Shown here: one piece after another, positions 21,601 through 30,933 of the stretch
Position numbering within the stretch: position 1 is the stretch's first letter
Layout of the letters: each line of letters begins with the position of its first letter
IMG/VR virus record: IMGVR_UViG_3300042505_001173
Location: 32,001 to 96,000 of that record
Source of the DNA: a virus
Direction: 5' to 3' (one strand)
DNA length: 64,000 nucleotides
The notes under the pieces: generated by a model
The model's input: only the letters and a program-made list of their open reading frames with translations
Databases searched by the model: none
What the model was told of the DNA's origin: nothing
Position numbers and translations under genes: made by a program

Positions 21601-23354
21601 TTATCAAAAATATCTATAGGTTTCACTACATCATCGATAAATGCTTCGACATCCGTGACATTAGCGGTAGATGTAAAATGATCTACGATTTTTAATGTAA
21701 TAGTTTCTGTAACTTTTGCAGATGTACCAGTACTATCTTTTACTGAAAACACATACGGTTTATCAGTAGCAGCAGTAGCTGTACCAATTAAGGAGCATTT
21801 GGTAGCTGTAGTTGCTAATGATAACCCCGGTGGTAATAACGGATCAACAAAAAATGTATATGGTGGAATTCCTAATTCAGCACTTAAAATTTCTACACCA
21901 GTTGTAAGCGCTGAAGTATCACCTACATACATTTCATATGATTTAAGTGTAGCGAGAGATGTAGCTGCTACTGCATCTGATACATTAAATGTAATTGGAA
22001 CGAAACCGTTCGCAACCGTATTTGTTGTATCAATTGCATCAAGTGTAAATTCATGAGCACCAATTGGTAAACCGGTAGTGGTACCTATCTGACCTGTTGC
22101 AGCTGTTAATGTTACACCAGTAGGTAAAGATGTGCTAGTTGTTATTACTCCTGCACCGTTTGTGTATTGATATTGTACCAATCTAAATGTATATGGTGGT
22201 ACACCGTACACACCTTTAAACGGTGTGCGTGAAATCGGTTTAAGTTGAACCGCATCGTACGAGGTTTGAGGTAACCCAGTTGATAGCGTATCTAGTGGTT
22301 CTACAGCAAAATGTAAATATGCATTTATCTTAACATTAGCTATTTTAGATGCAATCGCATCAGTTGAATCTTTAACTGAAACTTTAAGTGTACCAGAATA
22401 TTCTTTTAAATCGGGTACCGGTACCCCACCCACCAATTTTGTTGCAGTACCACCCACGTATGTACCGGATATGCTACCTGTCGTAGCGTTTAGTGCAAGT
22501 CCTTCTGGTGTTGTATCTTTTTGCGCTTCCGGAGTGAAAAAAGTGTAAGGTGGTGTACCTGCGACCACACTTGAAAAGGACTGAAAGTTTACAGATAGCG
22601 GTATCACACCTGTAATAGTATAATCAGCTGATTCAGACGGCACTGCAATGATTAAATCAATGATATCAAAATTAACGATAGTATGGTTAGCTACTTTAGT
22701 ACCATAAAAATCTTCAACTGCTATTTCAACTGGTGATGTAATCGGTAAAACTTCTGTCTGTGAAGCATCAGTAAATGTTCTTTTTGTATCTGTAGCGATC
22801 CCTGTTAGTGTTCCAGTCGTTTGGTCAAGAATAACACCAGGGGGTAAAGTTCCAGCAGCTACCGAATATACATACGGTGGTCTACCACCGGTTATACTCG
22901 TAAATAAAGAAACATTAGCTGAAACACTATTTACAACACCTACAACTTTATTATTTGCAGTGTTCACAGCAACTAAATCATTAAGAACAATAAAAGTTAA
23001 AGTACTTTTTTTATAAGCTTTTCTATTTCTTGAATCACGTACAGCGATTCTACATACAACACTAAAAATTAATGCACTTACAACAGTTGTAGCTGTAGGT
23101 GTCCCTGTAATTTGACCTGTTGTTTGGTTAAGTGATAACCCAGCTGGTAATGGCGCGCCAGTAGGGTCAACAAAATACTCATAATATGTAGCTCCTGTTT
23201 CAGAATCTCTAAATGGTATACCGTTAAGACCTGTAACAGGTGTAAACGGTGTAATAGGAGTATTTGTTTTACATGTTACTGTATTGTCTGTTATTATGGC
23301 ATATGTTGCCTTAATATTTTTATTTCGAAACTTTAATGCGGATGGTAGTGGCAT
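18621..23354 (-). CDS. Ig-like repeat protein with glycine-rich C-terminal adhesin (paralog of 9520-14100)
   Basis: Collinear similarity (NTPITP..P, YYEYFV, AYKKS, GGRPPYVY, GSGRY); glycine-rich C-terminus ending VYGDVY vs VYGDINY. Confidence 0.75.
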   Translation of the reverse strand: MPLPSALKFRNKNIKATYAIITDNTVTCKTNTPITPFTPVTGLNGIPFRDSETGATYYEYFVDPTGAPLPAGLSLNQTTGQITGTPTATTVVSALIFSVVCRIAVRDSRNRKAYKKSTLTFIVLNDLVAVNTANNKVVGVVNSVSANVSLFTSITGGRPPYVYSVAAGTLPPGVILDQTTGTLTGIATDTKRTFTDASQTEVLPITSPVEIAVEDFYGTKVANHTIVNFDIIDLIIAVPSESADYTITGVIPLSVNFQSFSSVVAGTPPYTFFTPEAQKDTTPEGLALNATTGSISGTYVGGTATKLVGGVPVPDLKEYSGTLKVSVKDSTDAIASKIANVKINAYLHFAVEPLDTLSTGLPQTSYDAVQLKPISRTPFKGVYGVPPYTFRLVQYQYTNGAGVITTSTSLPTGVTLTAATGQIGTTTGLPIGAHEFTLDAIDTTNTVANGFVPITFNVSDAVAATSLATLKSYEMYVGDTSALTTGVEILSAELGIPPYTFFVDPLLPPGLSLATTATKCSLIGTATAATDKPYVFSVKDSTGTSAKVTETITLKIVDHFTSTANVTDVEAFIDDVVKPIDIFDNITGGYPPYTATLLSGTLRPELTIVPMGYQYYDTAQSKNITTTVPQIWGNIMVTGAGTAIPILGSFHKYGYASTDTYTFKITDSRGNESPNIVTINYKIYKKLRGTATRIPPIVTGIAQFTNVSFNPVVPVGGIPPYTINFTPSITDFTKKPPIKTTLPKLGLKTIQPGTIAGVPSAGYKGTLYYYMSDSVGSRTDNIPVKFNITPKISAVAYSAPLEVLYVRGFDKFEITDKTGASPVVTTDTVLKIPFFKSVTGGAVPYVYFESNSTGVAAPTSSLPTGLFIDTFGNLNGDSSSRPAVYATNTVYCSVADNNLVSGGEASAIKLTICDEFSTTLVDNLSENAAAVTSFNLNKSNSSVVFLTGGVFNRFSLVRGKNGSGRYSYMFDLTTPSVDNVLDYFQINGSTGAINLKPSAGGSSFANTLDVTMGIKVTDTFTEIVKVVSNVLRLKVINPMTMSVISTTVSYEKDSIHTNDPVFALSGGSGEYDFVSIKGPANETVLPGSLTFTNTSATTPAGCLTGSADAIAEAKDYVVKYKDRVYNTIMSATVRFSITSDYVIIPVARSVSTSGKTITLANIQIASALSYAQLLSTPIKIRIDIEGEVRSTSVNAPALTINLASGLNSATTIKVFTKSGNIIGCGGKGGIRSSTNSALLNGEGGGVALKLNTGDLVVEVESLPGTFISGGGGGGGAGGDGWTLVEGQTMSVYQLESGVAQIQKLIASGSTQIWSPQGWANDQNRISQYIDVQYERRVNQNSLAYLGQFGKESYILPDPNRPTDPNYRLYYDMYAYPAKTWDFEGGTGFTPQTRKTKLVIWQGSAGGNGFGHPTANSNNGAPGTVSTASAAPIVESLPTNNLTRMLASEWSALISQSPAIVGDGVLIMDAVSYHEITPATPGSEATPGNPGTSPDVTTLTKPYRYAAGLGGGGGGGMGGTGGNGGSASSLPEGVVVPGGVTYLGNGGLGGVSGPAILTTAATDIPTLVTPSLVYGDVY

Positions 23355-23409
23355 ATATTAACACCTAGGCAAAATAAATCATAAATTCAATCACTATATT
23401 TAATTATGT

Positions 23410-23435
23410 AGGGTACAGGTTTAAACCTGTACCCT
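23410..23435. terminator. perfect palindrome / terminator-like hairpin
   Basis: AGGGTACAGGTTT-AAACCTGTACCCT just downstream of the fibre gene stop. Confidence 0.55.
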
Positions 23436-23443
23436 CATTAACC

Positions 23444-26400
23444 TTAAGGGAATGCTTGACCGCTACATACACCATAAATTTTTGTACCATCTCCAAAAAA
23501 TGAGAAGATGTCAGTTGTACCAGCAAGTGATGTCGGTACAGGAACAATATTACTTTCCCAACTAATAGTACCACTCCAAGTAATCGTATGTGCACCTGAA
23601 TATTTCACAACAACTGATACACTTTTACCGGTAAATGCGCTAGCAGCAGGTAATGTGATAGTAACATTAGCCGTAGTTGATAATATTTGCATAGATCCTT
23701 GAGTTGGATCTAACGCCCATGTAGTTGAATTGGTATTGTATATATTTTCAACAATTCCACCTGGTATTACAACAGAATTATCACTCTGTACAATTAAAGC
23801 TGGTATAGGATCTTTAGCTCCATTTTTTGTAGAACTAATTACCAATCTACTACCGTGCGCTGTTACAGACCAATCTTCAGTACTGTAAGCTTCAATTAAT
23901 GTACTTACATATTCAGTAGCTCCATCCCACCCACCTAATTTAACAGATCCTAATAATGTACCAGTTGGGTTGGTTGGTTTAGTAGCTGCTGGAGTGACAG
24001 GCGAAGGACTTGAAAATAATTGAACACTTGCACCTGATGTCGCTGACGCTGTTGGGTTATACACTGTTAACGCAGCTGTAGTATTTGTTGTTACCGCTTC
24101 CAATACAACTTTTTCAGTTTTTAATGTGGAACTAGTTTTATCATATGTAAATTTAGTATCTTCAGATAATGTTCCACCTGATGAAATAATAACTGATTTA
24201 TCCGCAAATGTTGAAACCGTTGTAGGACCAACAGCTTTATCATCTACATATTTTTTTGTTACTAACGCTGCATCTTTTCCATTTAAATCTGTTAATGTGA
24301 AACCGGTAGCATACTCTAAAACTTGTTTAGGTTTAGATGTTGATGTATTATCAAATACAGTTCCTAATTGTAAGTAATTAGAATCAGCGTATTTTTTAGT
24401 AGTGTAATAATAATCAAAATCAGCAGCTGGTACACCTACTGCGCCAATATTATTGTTCAAGTCTGAACTATACGCACTACCTAATGTTTTTAAATTAGCT
24501 GAAATACGATATTCATTATGTGGAGTATCATATGTTACATTTCGTAACGATACAGCTGTACCAGTTAATAACAAAGGTTCAACAACTGTAAATCCAACAG
24601 GGGTACCACCCGTTGATCCAATTGAAGCGTAGTGCGTATCAGCAAAATGTTTAGTTACGAAATAATTATCGTAATCAGCTGGAACTTTACCAACCTCTTT
24701 ATTGATATTATTATCATTATCGGAACTTAAAATATGTTTTTTAGTTTGAATGTTTACATCAAAATCATATCTATCATTAGCGTTATCTAATGTAATGTGA
24801 GGTAACGTTAACACACCACTTGAATCTACATTGAAAGGTGCACTAACTTTAACACCTCCTAATACAGTAGGTGACGATACAGGTAACGTGTACGAACTAG
24901 AAGATTTGACATAATTAGCATCAGCGAAATGTTTAGTTATGAAATATTTGTCATAATCAGTTACAGCTTTTAATGGATCGCTAAAGATTTTATTATCAAT
25001 ATGATCACTGTACGAAAACTCACCAGATTTGATAGCTGCAGCAAATACATATTCAGCTGGGGCTGCTAATACAGGAGGTGTGGCCGTCGGGTTAGCAGTG
25101 ACAGGTGCAGTATATGTAATTTGAGGTAACGATAACACGCCTGTGTTACTCATATCAAATGGCGTACCCACTTTAATGCCACCTAACGTGGTATTGTTAG
25201 CTGCTAGTAATGCGTATGGGTTAGTACCACCTGCACCTCCCCCACCTATAGCTGCATAATGAGTGTCTGCAAATTTCTTGGTTATAAAATACTTGTCGTA
25301 ATTTTTAGATACGTCTAAACCGATAGTGTTGTTATCGTCGTCACTGTAAATCCACTTCAGTGATTTAATAGCTGCATCGACTGTATATTCAGCTGGAGCT
25401 GCTAATACAGGAGGTGTGGCCGTCGGGTTAGCAGTTACCTCACTAGTGAATGCAAATTTTTGCAATTGCAATACACCTGTAGCATCAACAGCAAACGGTT
25501 TCGCAATCATTATTCCACCGACAACCGTAGCGGTAGCTATTGAAGTAGATGAACCACCAGGTACACCTGGTGTACCAATTGCCGAGTAACGCGCATCTGC
25601 GTAATTTTTAGTGATGAAATAACCATCGTAAAAATTTGCTGGTTTAGTTGTATCAGCATCGACAGTATTGTGTACATCGGTACTATATAAAGCGTTACCT
25701 GATTTAATAGCAGCTGTAAAATTATATTCTGATTTAGCTGAATCGTAAGCAACCTTAGCTAAAGATAAAACACCTGTCGCTGAAATTGTTAATGGGTCAC
25801 CAACTTTAACACCGCCCATGGTACCAACTGAAGCTGTAGGTAAAACGTATGTACCTCCCCCACCGGAGCCCCCACTTAATTTCACGAATTTACTTTCTGC
25901 GTAATGTTTCGTAATATAATATGAATCGTAATATGTAGATGGTTTTGAGTTATCTGCATCCACCAAACCGTCTTGTTCAGAACTATACAATGATTTCTGG
26001 GTCAATAAGTTCGCATTTATTGTATATTCAACTTTAGATGAGTTGTATGTTTGCCCAGCTAATGATAATTCACCGGTTGTAGCATTTGTTGTAAACGGAG
26101 CACCAACTTTAATACCACCTAATACAGTACTTGTTGCGATAGCTAATGGTCCACTACTACCACCCGCACCTAACGACGCGTAATGATCATCTGCATATTT
26201 TTTTGTAACGAAATAGTTATCGTAATCAGTGATTGGTCTTGTGATATCTACACCAATATTATTATCAACAGTAGAGCTATATGCTTCACCGGTAACTTTT
26301 AGGTTTGTAGAAAAATCATATTGGGCAGGAATTGATGGATCCGTAGCAGTAGCAGGTACAAAAATTCTATACTCTACATCTTCCAATGATATATCACCTA

Positions 26401-27430
26401 ACCCGTTTACAATGAATGGACGTTGTGGTCTAAAGCCGCCTAATACTAAACTTGTTGCAACAGGTAATGGACCTCCACTACCGGTTATCGTCGACCATCC
26501 AATAGTACCATTACCATCAGTGCAGGTTAACACTTGGTTGATAGCACCTTTGCTCCAACTTGCAGAGGTTCCATCGTATGCCAATATACCTTTAGTAGGT
26601 GTTGCTGTTGGTACCCAGCTAGGTGAAGATCTATTGGTTTCCCAACTCAACGAACCAGCTGAATCAGTACAGGTTAATACTTGGTTAGCAGAACTGCTTT
26701 TACTCCATACGGTATTGGTTCCATCATATGCAAATACACCTTTAGTTGGTGAACTTGTTGGGAACCATACCGGTAGTGAACTACCACCGCTACCTCCGCT
26801 ACCTAACCCAGCATAATGTTCATCGGCGTATTTTTTAGTAATGAAATATTTGTTAAATGTAGTTGCTGGAACACTAGGTGTTGGAGCAATATAGTTATAA
26901 TCATCGTAGCTATAGATATCGCCAGACATCATTAAATTGGCATCAATGGTGTACCTTGCTGATGACGGTGGTGTCACAGCTGCAGGCGCATAAGTGACAC
27001 CCTTCATGGTTAATGCACCTGATGATGGAACCATAAATGCGCCACCGGTTTTAATGACGCCAGCGGTTGAATCAGTTGCTAACGAAAGTGTAGGTGTGCT
27101 TCCACTACCGCCTGAACCTACCGCTGTCCAAACGTTACCGGTTGATGAAGGTGTAAAAACTTTTAATAATCTGGTGCCTGTATCAAACCACAATTGACCT
27201 ACTGTTGGGTTAGTAGGTGGTACGTTTCTACTGAAATTTTCTAACAGTCTTACTAAATTTGTTTGAAGGTCCTCACCGTACGTTATACTATATTTGCCGA
27301 ATAGAGATAAAGAAGTGGAGGTTTTATTTGTGGATCTTTCACTAATTGCGAAAGGAGGCTTATAAAAATACCCTGCAGTGGTAGAGTCATCACTCGAACT
27401 AAATTTTATAATATAATCGTTTATTGCCAT
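23444..27430 (-). CDS. tail fibre protein (start revised to MAINDYIIKF)
   Basis: N-terminus aligns with paralogs MALTDYTIKF and MTDTYTIKF; CATAAATA late-promoter-like site at 27463-27470; same internal repeats. Confidence 0.8.
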   Translation of the reverse strand: MAINDYIIKFSSSDDSTTAGYFYKPPFAISERSTNKTSTSLSLFGKYSITYGEDLQTNLVRLLENFSRNVPPTNPTVGQLWFDTGTRLLKVFTPSSTGNVWTAVGSGGSGSTPTLSLATDSTAGVIKTGGAFMVPSSGALTMKGVTYAPAAVTPPSSARYTIDANLMMSGDIYSYDDYNYIAPTPSVPATTFNKYFITKKYADEHYAGLGSGGSGGSSLPVWFPTSSPTKGVFAYDGTNTVWSKSSSANQVLTCTDSAGSLSWETNRSSPSWVPTATPTKGILAYDGTSASWSKGAINQVLTCTDGNGTIGWSTITGSGGPLPVATSLVLGGFRPQRPFIVNGLGDISLEDVEYRIFVPATATDPSIPAQYDFSTNLKVTGEAYSSTVDNNIGVDITRPITDYDNYFVTKKYADDHYASLGAGGSSGPLAIATSTVLGGIKVGAPFTTNATTGELSLAGQTYNSSKVEYTINANLLTQKSLYSSEQDGLVDADNSKPSTYYDSYYITKHYAESKFVKLSGGSGGGGTYVLPTASVGTMGGVKVGDPLTISATGVLSLAKVAYDSAKSEYNFTAAIKSGNALYSTDVHNTVDADTTKPANFYDGYFITKNYADARYSAIGTPGVPGGSSTSIATATVVGGIMIAKPFAVDATGVLQLQKFAFTSEVTANPTATPPVLAAPAEYTVDAAIKSLKWIYSDDDNNTIGLDVSKNYDKYFITKKFADTHYAAIGGGGAGGTNPYALLAANNTTLGGIKVGTPFDMSNTGVLSLPQITYTAPVTANPTATPPVLAAPAEYVFAAAIKSGEFSYSDHIDNKIFSDPLKAVTDYDKYFITKHFADANYVKSSSSYTLPVSSPTVLGGVKVSAPFNVDSSGVLTLPHITLDNANDRYDFDVNIQTKKHILSSDNDNNINKEVGKVPADYDNYFVTKHFADTHYASIGSTGGTPVGFTVVEPLLLTGTAVSLRNVTYDTPHNEYRISANLKTLGSAYSSDLNNNIGAVGVPAADFDYYYTTKKYADSNYLQLGTVFDNTSTSKPKQVLEYATGFTLTDLNGKDAALVTKKYVDDKAVGPTTVSTFADKSVIISSGGTLSEDTKFTYDKTSSTLKTEKVVLEAVTTNTTAALTVYNPTASATSGASVQLFSSPSPVTPAATKPTNPTGTLLGSVKLGGWDGATEYVSTLIEAYSTEDWSVTAHGSRLVISSTKNGAKDPIPALIVQSDNSVVIPGGIVENIYNTNSTTWALDPTQGSMQILSTTANVTITLPAASAFTGKSVSVVVKYSGAHTITWSGTISWESNIVPVPTSLAGTTDIFSFFGDGTKIYGVCSGQAFP
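25049..25435. repeat. 51-bp direct repeat inside the fibre gene (25049-25099 and 25385-25435)
   Basis: One mismatch; both copies encode TANPTATPPVLAAPAEY. Confidence 0.85.
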
Positions 27431-27503
27431 AGTATTGTTCGTATATGAGGTGAATAATACAGTATTTATGATGAGATATATTATATAACAATAGCACAAA
27501 GGT

Positions 27504-27531
27504 ATACCCAAGGTGTTGATTCCTTGGGTAT
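27504..27531. terminator. hairpin terminator
   Basis: ATACCCAAGG-N8-CCTTGGGTAT between the groES operon and the fibre gene. Confidence 0.55.
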
Positions 27532-27536
27532 TTTAT

Positions 27537-27680
27537 TTACTTGTAAATAATTCGATAGTTAGATACTATCAATTTATAAGGTGCTGAAATTCCAATATTT
27601 GAACTGTTTAGCATCTTCCAATTATCGTATTTACCTTGTATCTTTGATTTATATTTTGGTAACCACGTAACTGAATACAT
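27537..27680 (-). CDS. small basic hypothetical protein (47 aa, not in the ORF track)
   Basis: MYSVTWLPKYKSKIQGKYDNWK...; start overlaps the groES stop (TGATG). Confidence 0.4.
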   Translation of the reverse strand: MYSVTWLPKYKSKIQGKYDNWKMLNSSNIGISAPYKLIVSNYRIIYK

Positions 27681-27973
27681 CATTCTGGCTTTTCCACGAG
27701 CATTACTTGATCTTCAGTAGTCATCCAGAACTCTACACCTTCGTGTTTATGACCTTCAGTCCATCGTAACGCTTCAATCAAGATTCTATCACCTACCTCA
27801 ATGTATTTTACTCCATCGCCAATGGACATCACTTTGCCCCATCTAGGAGACTCTAAATCATGGTGTAGACTAGTAAAAACAATACCACCTGCTGATACGT
27901 TGTTAAAACCTACTTTACCGTGGTCATCATCAAATGCAAATAATATTTTATCGTGAATAGTTCTAACCTTCAT
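27680..27973 (-). CDS. groES: GroES-like co-chaperonin (start revised to MKVRTIHDK)
   Basis: VRTIHDKIL, SAGGIV, GKVMSIGDG, VGDRIL motifs. Confidence 0.8.
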   Translation of the reverse strand: MKVRTIHDKILFAFDDDHGKVGFNNVSAGGIVFTSLHHDLESPRWGKVMSIGDGVKYIEVGDRILIEALRWTEGHKHEGVEFWMTTEDQVMLVEKPE

Positions 27974-28286
27974 TTTTAGCTCCTTTTTTAGCAGGTTTAG
28001 TTGTTTCTTCAACTGTTTCAGGTGTCGCAATCGTAATTTTGGGTGCTGTAGCAACTTTTGTATCTAATGATGTAGGTATTGTAACCGTAGTATTTGTATA
28101 TTCAGGTGTCCGCATAATACTCACATGAGATGGTATAGGGTCTCTAACTAGTATATTTGGATTGACAACTGTATTAGCGCTATCATTTGTCGTTACAGCT
28201 GCGGGCTGAACAGTTCCATAATCAGCCATAATTTTCATCATTTCAAAATCTACAAACTCACCTAATGCTGATTTTACCTTTGACAT
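27963..28286 (-). CDS. hypothetical protein
   Basis: 107-aa ORF, VKSALGEFVDF N-terminus, low-complexity tail. Confidence 0.65.
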   Translation of the reverse strand: MSKVKSALGEFVDFEMMKIMADYGTVQPAAVTTNDSANTVVNPNILVRDPIPSHVSIMRTPEYTNTTVTIPTSLDTKVATAPKITIATPETVEETTKPAKKGAKNEG

Positions 28287-28288
28287 AT

Positions 28289-28819
28289 CTAATTCCTTAA
28301 AAACTCATTAAAATCTAATTCGTACGTAACACTATCGATATCGTGAACACCGAGCAAATATAATATATAACTCGATACAGAACTACCTCGTCCAACTCCC
28401 CACACCACTTGTTTTTCTATAAAGTTATCAATGATATATACTAAGGTCTTCAATAGTGGTACTAACTCTAATTGGCTAAAAACTTTAAATTCAAATTGTA
28501 CACGTCTATGTCGTTCAACAAATTCAACTTCTGTTAAACTATCATCGACACCTGCTTGAACAAGTTTATCTGTTATATATTGTTTAATATCCATCGTATG
28601 ATACTTTGGTGGTATGTTCCACTCTAAATCAAAAACATCTAACTCGCGTTTAAGTTTAATTTTTTGATCAGCTAACACATTCTTATTAAATTTAACGATA
28701 TCATCAGTCATCTCAGTGACTGATAGTTTCGAATATTTAACCCACTTTAACACATCCTTTGGATGTATTTCAATAGTCCCATCATACCAAAGATCCCGGC
28801 TATTTAACACTGATTTCAT
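28289..28819 (-). CDS. stand-alone fragment of DNA polymerase III alpha (DnaE-like)
   Basis: VVWGVGRGSSVSSYILYLLGVHDIDS...LDFNEFL matches the DnaE GxGRGSxxxSxxxYxLGIxxIDP...LxFERFL motif; only 176 aa. Confidence 0.8.
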   Translation of the reverse strand: MKSVLNSRDLWYDGTIEIHPKDVLKWVKYSKLSVTEMTDDIVKFNKNVLADQKIKLKRELDVFDLEWNIPPKYHTMDIKQYITDKLVQAGVDDSLTEVEFVERHRRVQFEFKVFSQLELVPLLKTLVYIIDNFIEKQVVWGVGRGSSVSSYILYLLGVHDIDSVTYELDFNEFLRN

Positions 28820-29181
28820 ATGAATTCTGCTGCTTCGCCTGATGAGTACGCAATGACATCATTTGTACTAAATTGAGGTGCTTCAAACTGCTGAGGTTCA
28901 TAATATGTAGGTTGTTGAGCTTGTTCTTGGTACGTGACTGGTGGTACTGGATACGGTAGCTGATGGTTTGGATAAATCTGTGGCTGTTGTAACACTTCAT
29001 GAGTACTATCAGATCTATCATTAGCTTCATCTGATAGTAGTGCAATTTTAGATCTAATTCGTTCCCACTGGGTTTTATTTGGTACCCAACCAGACTCTTG
29101 CATATCTTCTACACCTGACATCCAACTTTTAAATTCATTAACGCTAAGTTGTAGGTTATTTTTTTTAGTAGGTTTTTTCAT
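28816..29181 (-). CDS. hypothetical protein
   Basis: FKSWMSGVEDM..GWVPNKTQWERIR; GAGG RBS; overlaps the next gene. Confidence 0.65.
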   Translation of the reverse strand: MKKPTKKNNLQLSVNEFKSWMSGVEDMQESGWVPNKTQWERIRSKIALLSDEANDRSDSTHEVLQQPQIYPNHQLPYPVPPVTYQEQAQQPTYYEPQQFEAPQFSTNDVIAYSSGEAAEFI

Positions 29182-29209
29182 TTAACATCCTCAGTTAAAA
29201 ATATATGAT

Positions 29210-29238
29210 ATTATAATATTTAAATCATTATTTTTCAA
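29210..29238 (-). promoter_or_regulatory. sigma70-type promoter
   Basis: TTGAAA-17-TATAAT. Confidence 0.7.
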
Positions 29239-29245
29239 GGTATTT

Positions 29246-29737
29246 TTAATATCCTATTAAATCGCCTACGTTTTTATGCTTTAAGAATCTAGTATACGTA
29301 TCAGAAAAAGAGCACGATACCCATTTACCGTCACCTATATCAAGACACAACATAACGCCTCGTGAATGCGTTGGATATACATGAGTGCCTTGAGGCTTCC
29401 AATCAATTACATCTATTTTCATATATTCATGAGTACCTGCGCTAGCGCCGTAGCCAAGTGCATAAAAGGTGTTATTTGACAGATGACATACCTGAACCGT
29501 ATCAATTTGGGTTGTTTCGGGGTCACACACGAGTATATACCAATAGCTGGGAAGTTCAATGTACCGATTATTGATTCTAACGGTGAGAGTATTACATTTA
29601 CACTCTTCGACTACTTTAAACATGTTAATAGTAAAATCTTGCGATTTTAAGTCTAAGCACCACAAATAATTCGTATGTACTTTATCGTGTATACTATTGA
29701 TCGCTAATGGGTTACCGTTTTCTTCATGGAATATCAT
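29246..29737 (-). CDS. hypothetical protein downstream of the helicase
   Basis: 163-aa ORF with AGGTG RBS. Confidence 0.65.
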   Translation of the reverse strand: MIFHEENGNPLAINSIHDKVHTNYLWCLDLKSQDFTINMFKVVEECKCNTLTVRINNRYIELPSYWYILVCDPETTQIDTVQVCHLSNNTFYALGYGASAGTHEYMKIDVIDWKPQGTHVYPTHSRGVMLCLDIGDGKWVSCSFSDTYTRFLKHKNVGDLIGY

Positions 29738-29769
29738 TTAACACCTTTAAAAACATTATTAGTAAATTT

Positions 29770-30675
29770 TTAACTATCGTCAACTATATCTTTATCATAA
29801 TTAACTTTAATTACTTTGTACGGGTATCGCGCATTTTTATAATGTGTTACACGTTTTTTCATCCTTGCATTTGCTGAATTAAAATTGCTACAAATATCTA
29901 GTACATTAACAGAATCTTTATCTTTGCCCTTTCTTAAACCTCTACCAATAGATTGTATAGTACCTACGAAAGATTTACCACTGTCTATGAAAAATAAAGC
30001 AAAAATTCTATCAATTGATAGACCGACTCCTGCAATTTGTTTAGTACATATAACAATCAAATCATTATTATGTTCAAATAAATCATACACTTCATCACGT
30101 TCCTTAACTTTATCACTACCGTGAAGGAAGTATGAATTAGGTATCAATTTTTGTAGTGTTCTACCGTACTTGATATTATTAACAAGAACTAACGTATTCC
30201 CGTGATGGTGTTTATCTCTATTAGCAACGATAAAATTAGCTATCCAGTTAGTACGAGTTTCATTTGTTTTGCAAAATTCTGTTTCTTCTTCGTACATTAT
30301 CTTATGGACGTCCTCTTCAGGAACACCATGATCGATTAAATAACGTGTATCGTTTAACTGTAAAATGTTAATATTCAGTTGAGCTAACCATCCCTTTTCA
30401 ATCAACTCATACGCAGGGTACTCACATAAAACTTTACCTAATGCGACGTGAACGTTTAACTTATCTGCAGCTGGTTCAGGTAATGTACCTGTTAGTCCGT
30501 ACCGGTGAACGAGATTTTTACCGTGCTCCGTTAACAATTGATATAATTTTGCTGCTTTACTACCATGACAATTACTAACAACTGCGCCATTAGCTACATA
30601 ATTGTGATTTTTTGAGACTTTTAAATTATAGACGATATTTGGTTTTTCAATTTCGGTACGTTTGACTAGTTTCAT
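29770..30675 (-). CDS. uvsW: UvsW-like SF2 helicase, C-terminal half, fused to split-intein IntC
   Basis: 35-aa IntC (VYNLKVSKNHNYVANGAVVSN) then CH..., GLTGT (motif III), GVGLSI (V), QSIGRGLR (VI). Confidence 0.88.
   Translation of the reverse strand: MKLVKRTEIEKPNIVYNLKVSKNHNYVANGAVVSNCHGSKAAKLYQLLTEHGKNLVHRYGLTGTLPEPAADKLNVHVALGKVLCEYPAYELIEKGWLAQLNINILQLNDTRYLIDHGVPEEDVHKIMYEEETEFCKTNETRTNWIANFIVANRDKHHHGNTLVLVNNIKYGRTLQKLIPNSYFLHGSDKVKERDEVYDLFEHNNDLIVICTKQIAGVGLSIDRIFALFFIDSGKSFVGTIQSIGRGLRKGKDKDSVNVLDICSNFNSANARMKKRVTHYKNARYPYKVIKVNYDKDIVDDS
30571..30675 (-). mobile_element. split intein C-fragment (35 aa)
   Basis: Block F VYNLKV, NHNY; block G VVSN followed by +1 Cys. Confidence 0.88.
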
Positions 30676-30923
30676 GCGTATTTTTTAAATTTATTAGATA
30701 CTTTTGGTGATATTGTTTTTTCGCCGTTTATAGTAGATATTACATCTCCGTCACGGATAATATGTTTTTCACCGGATGTGTCAAATATATAAGGTACTAA
30801 CATTACTTTGGTACAACAATGAGGTTTATCTATATTTTTGTATTGTCTTAAATTACTAACTACCATAAACCCATCTTCCATACCCAATTCATATGTTTTA
30901 ATACTAATAATTGACCGTGACAT
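30672..30923 (-). CDS. 83-aa hypothetical protein inserted between the two split-intein halves
   Basis: ORF with GAGGT RBS; ATGA overlap with the IntC gene. Confidence 0.65.
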   Translation of the reverse strand: MSRSIISIKTYELGMEDGFMVVSNLRQYKNIDKPHCCTKVMLVPYIFDTSGEKHIIRDGDVISTINGEKTISPKVSNKFKKYA

Positions 30924-30933
30924 TTAACTTACC

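Noticed and set aside
25049-25435. Diversity-generating retroelement TR/VR pair
   Set aside because: Both copies are in-frame in one gene with a single non-adenine (coding strand) difference, and no reverse transcriptase is in the window; this is ordinary intragenic duplication
4659-27197. Numerous + strand ORFs of 60-195 aa overlapping the protease, fibre and adhesin genes
   Set aside because: Antisense shadows of G/T/S/A-rich coding sequence; only 14159-14815 and 14826-15176 occupy their own space
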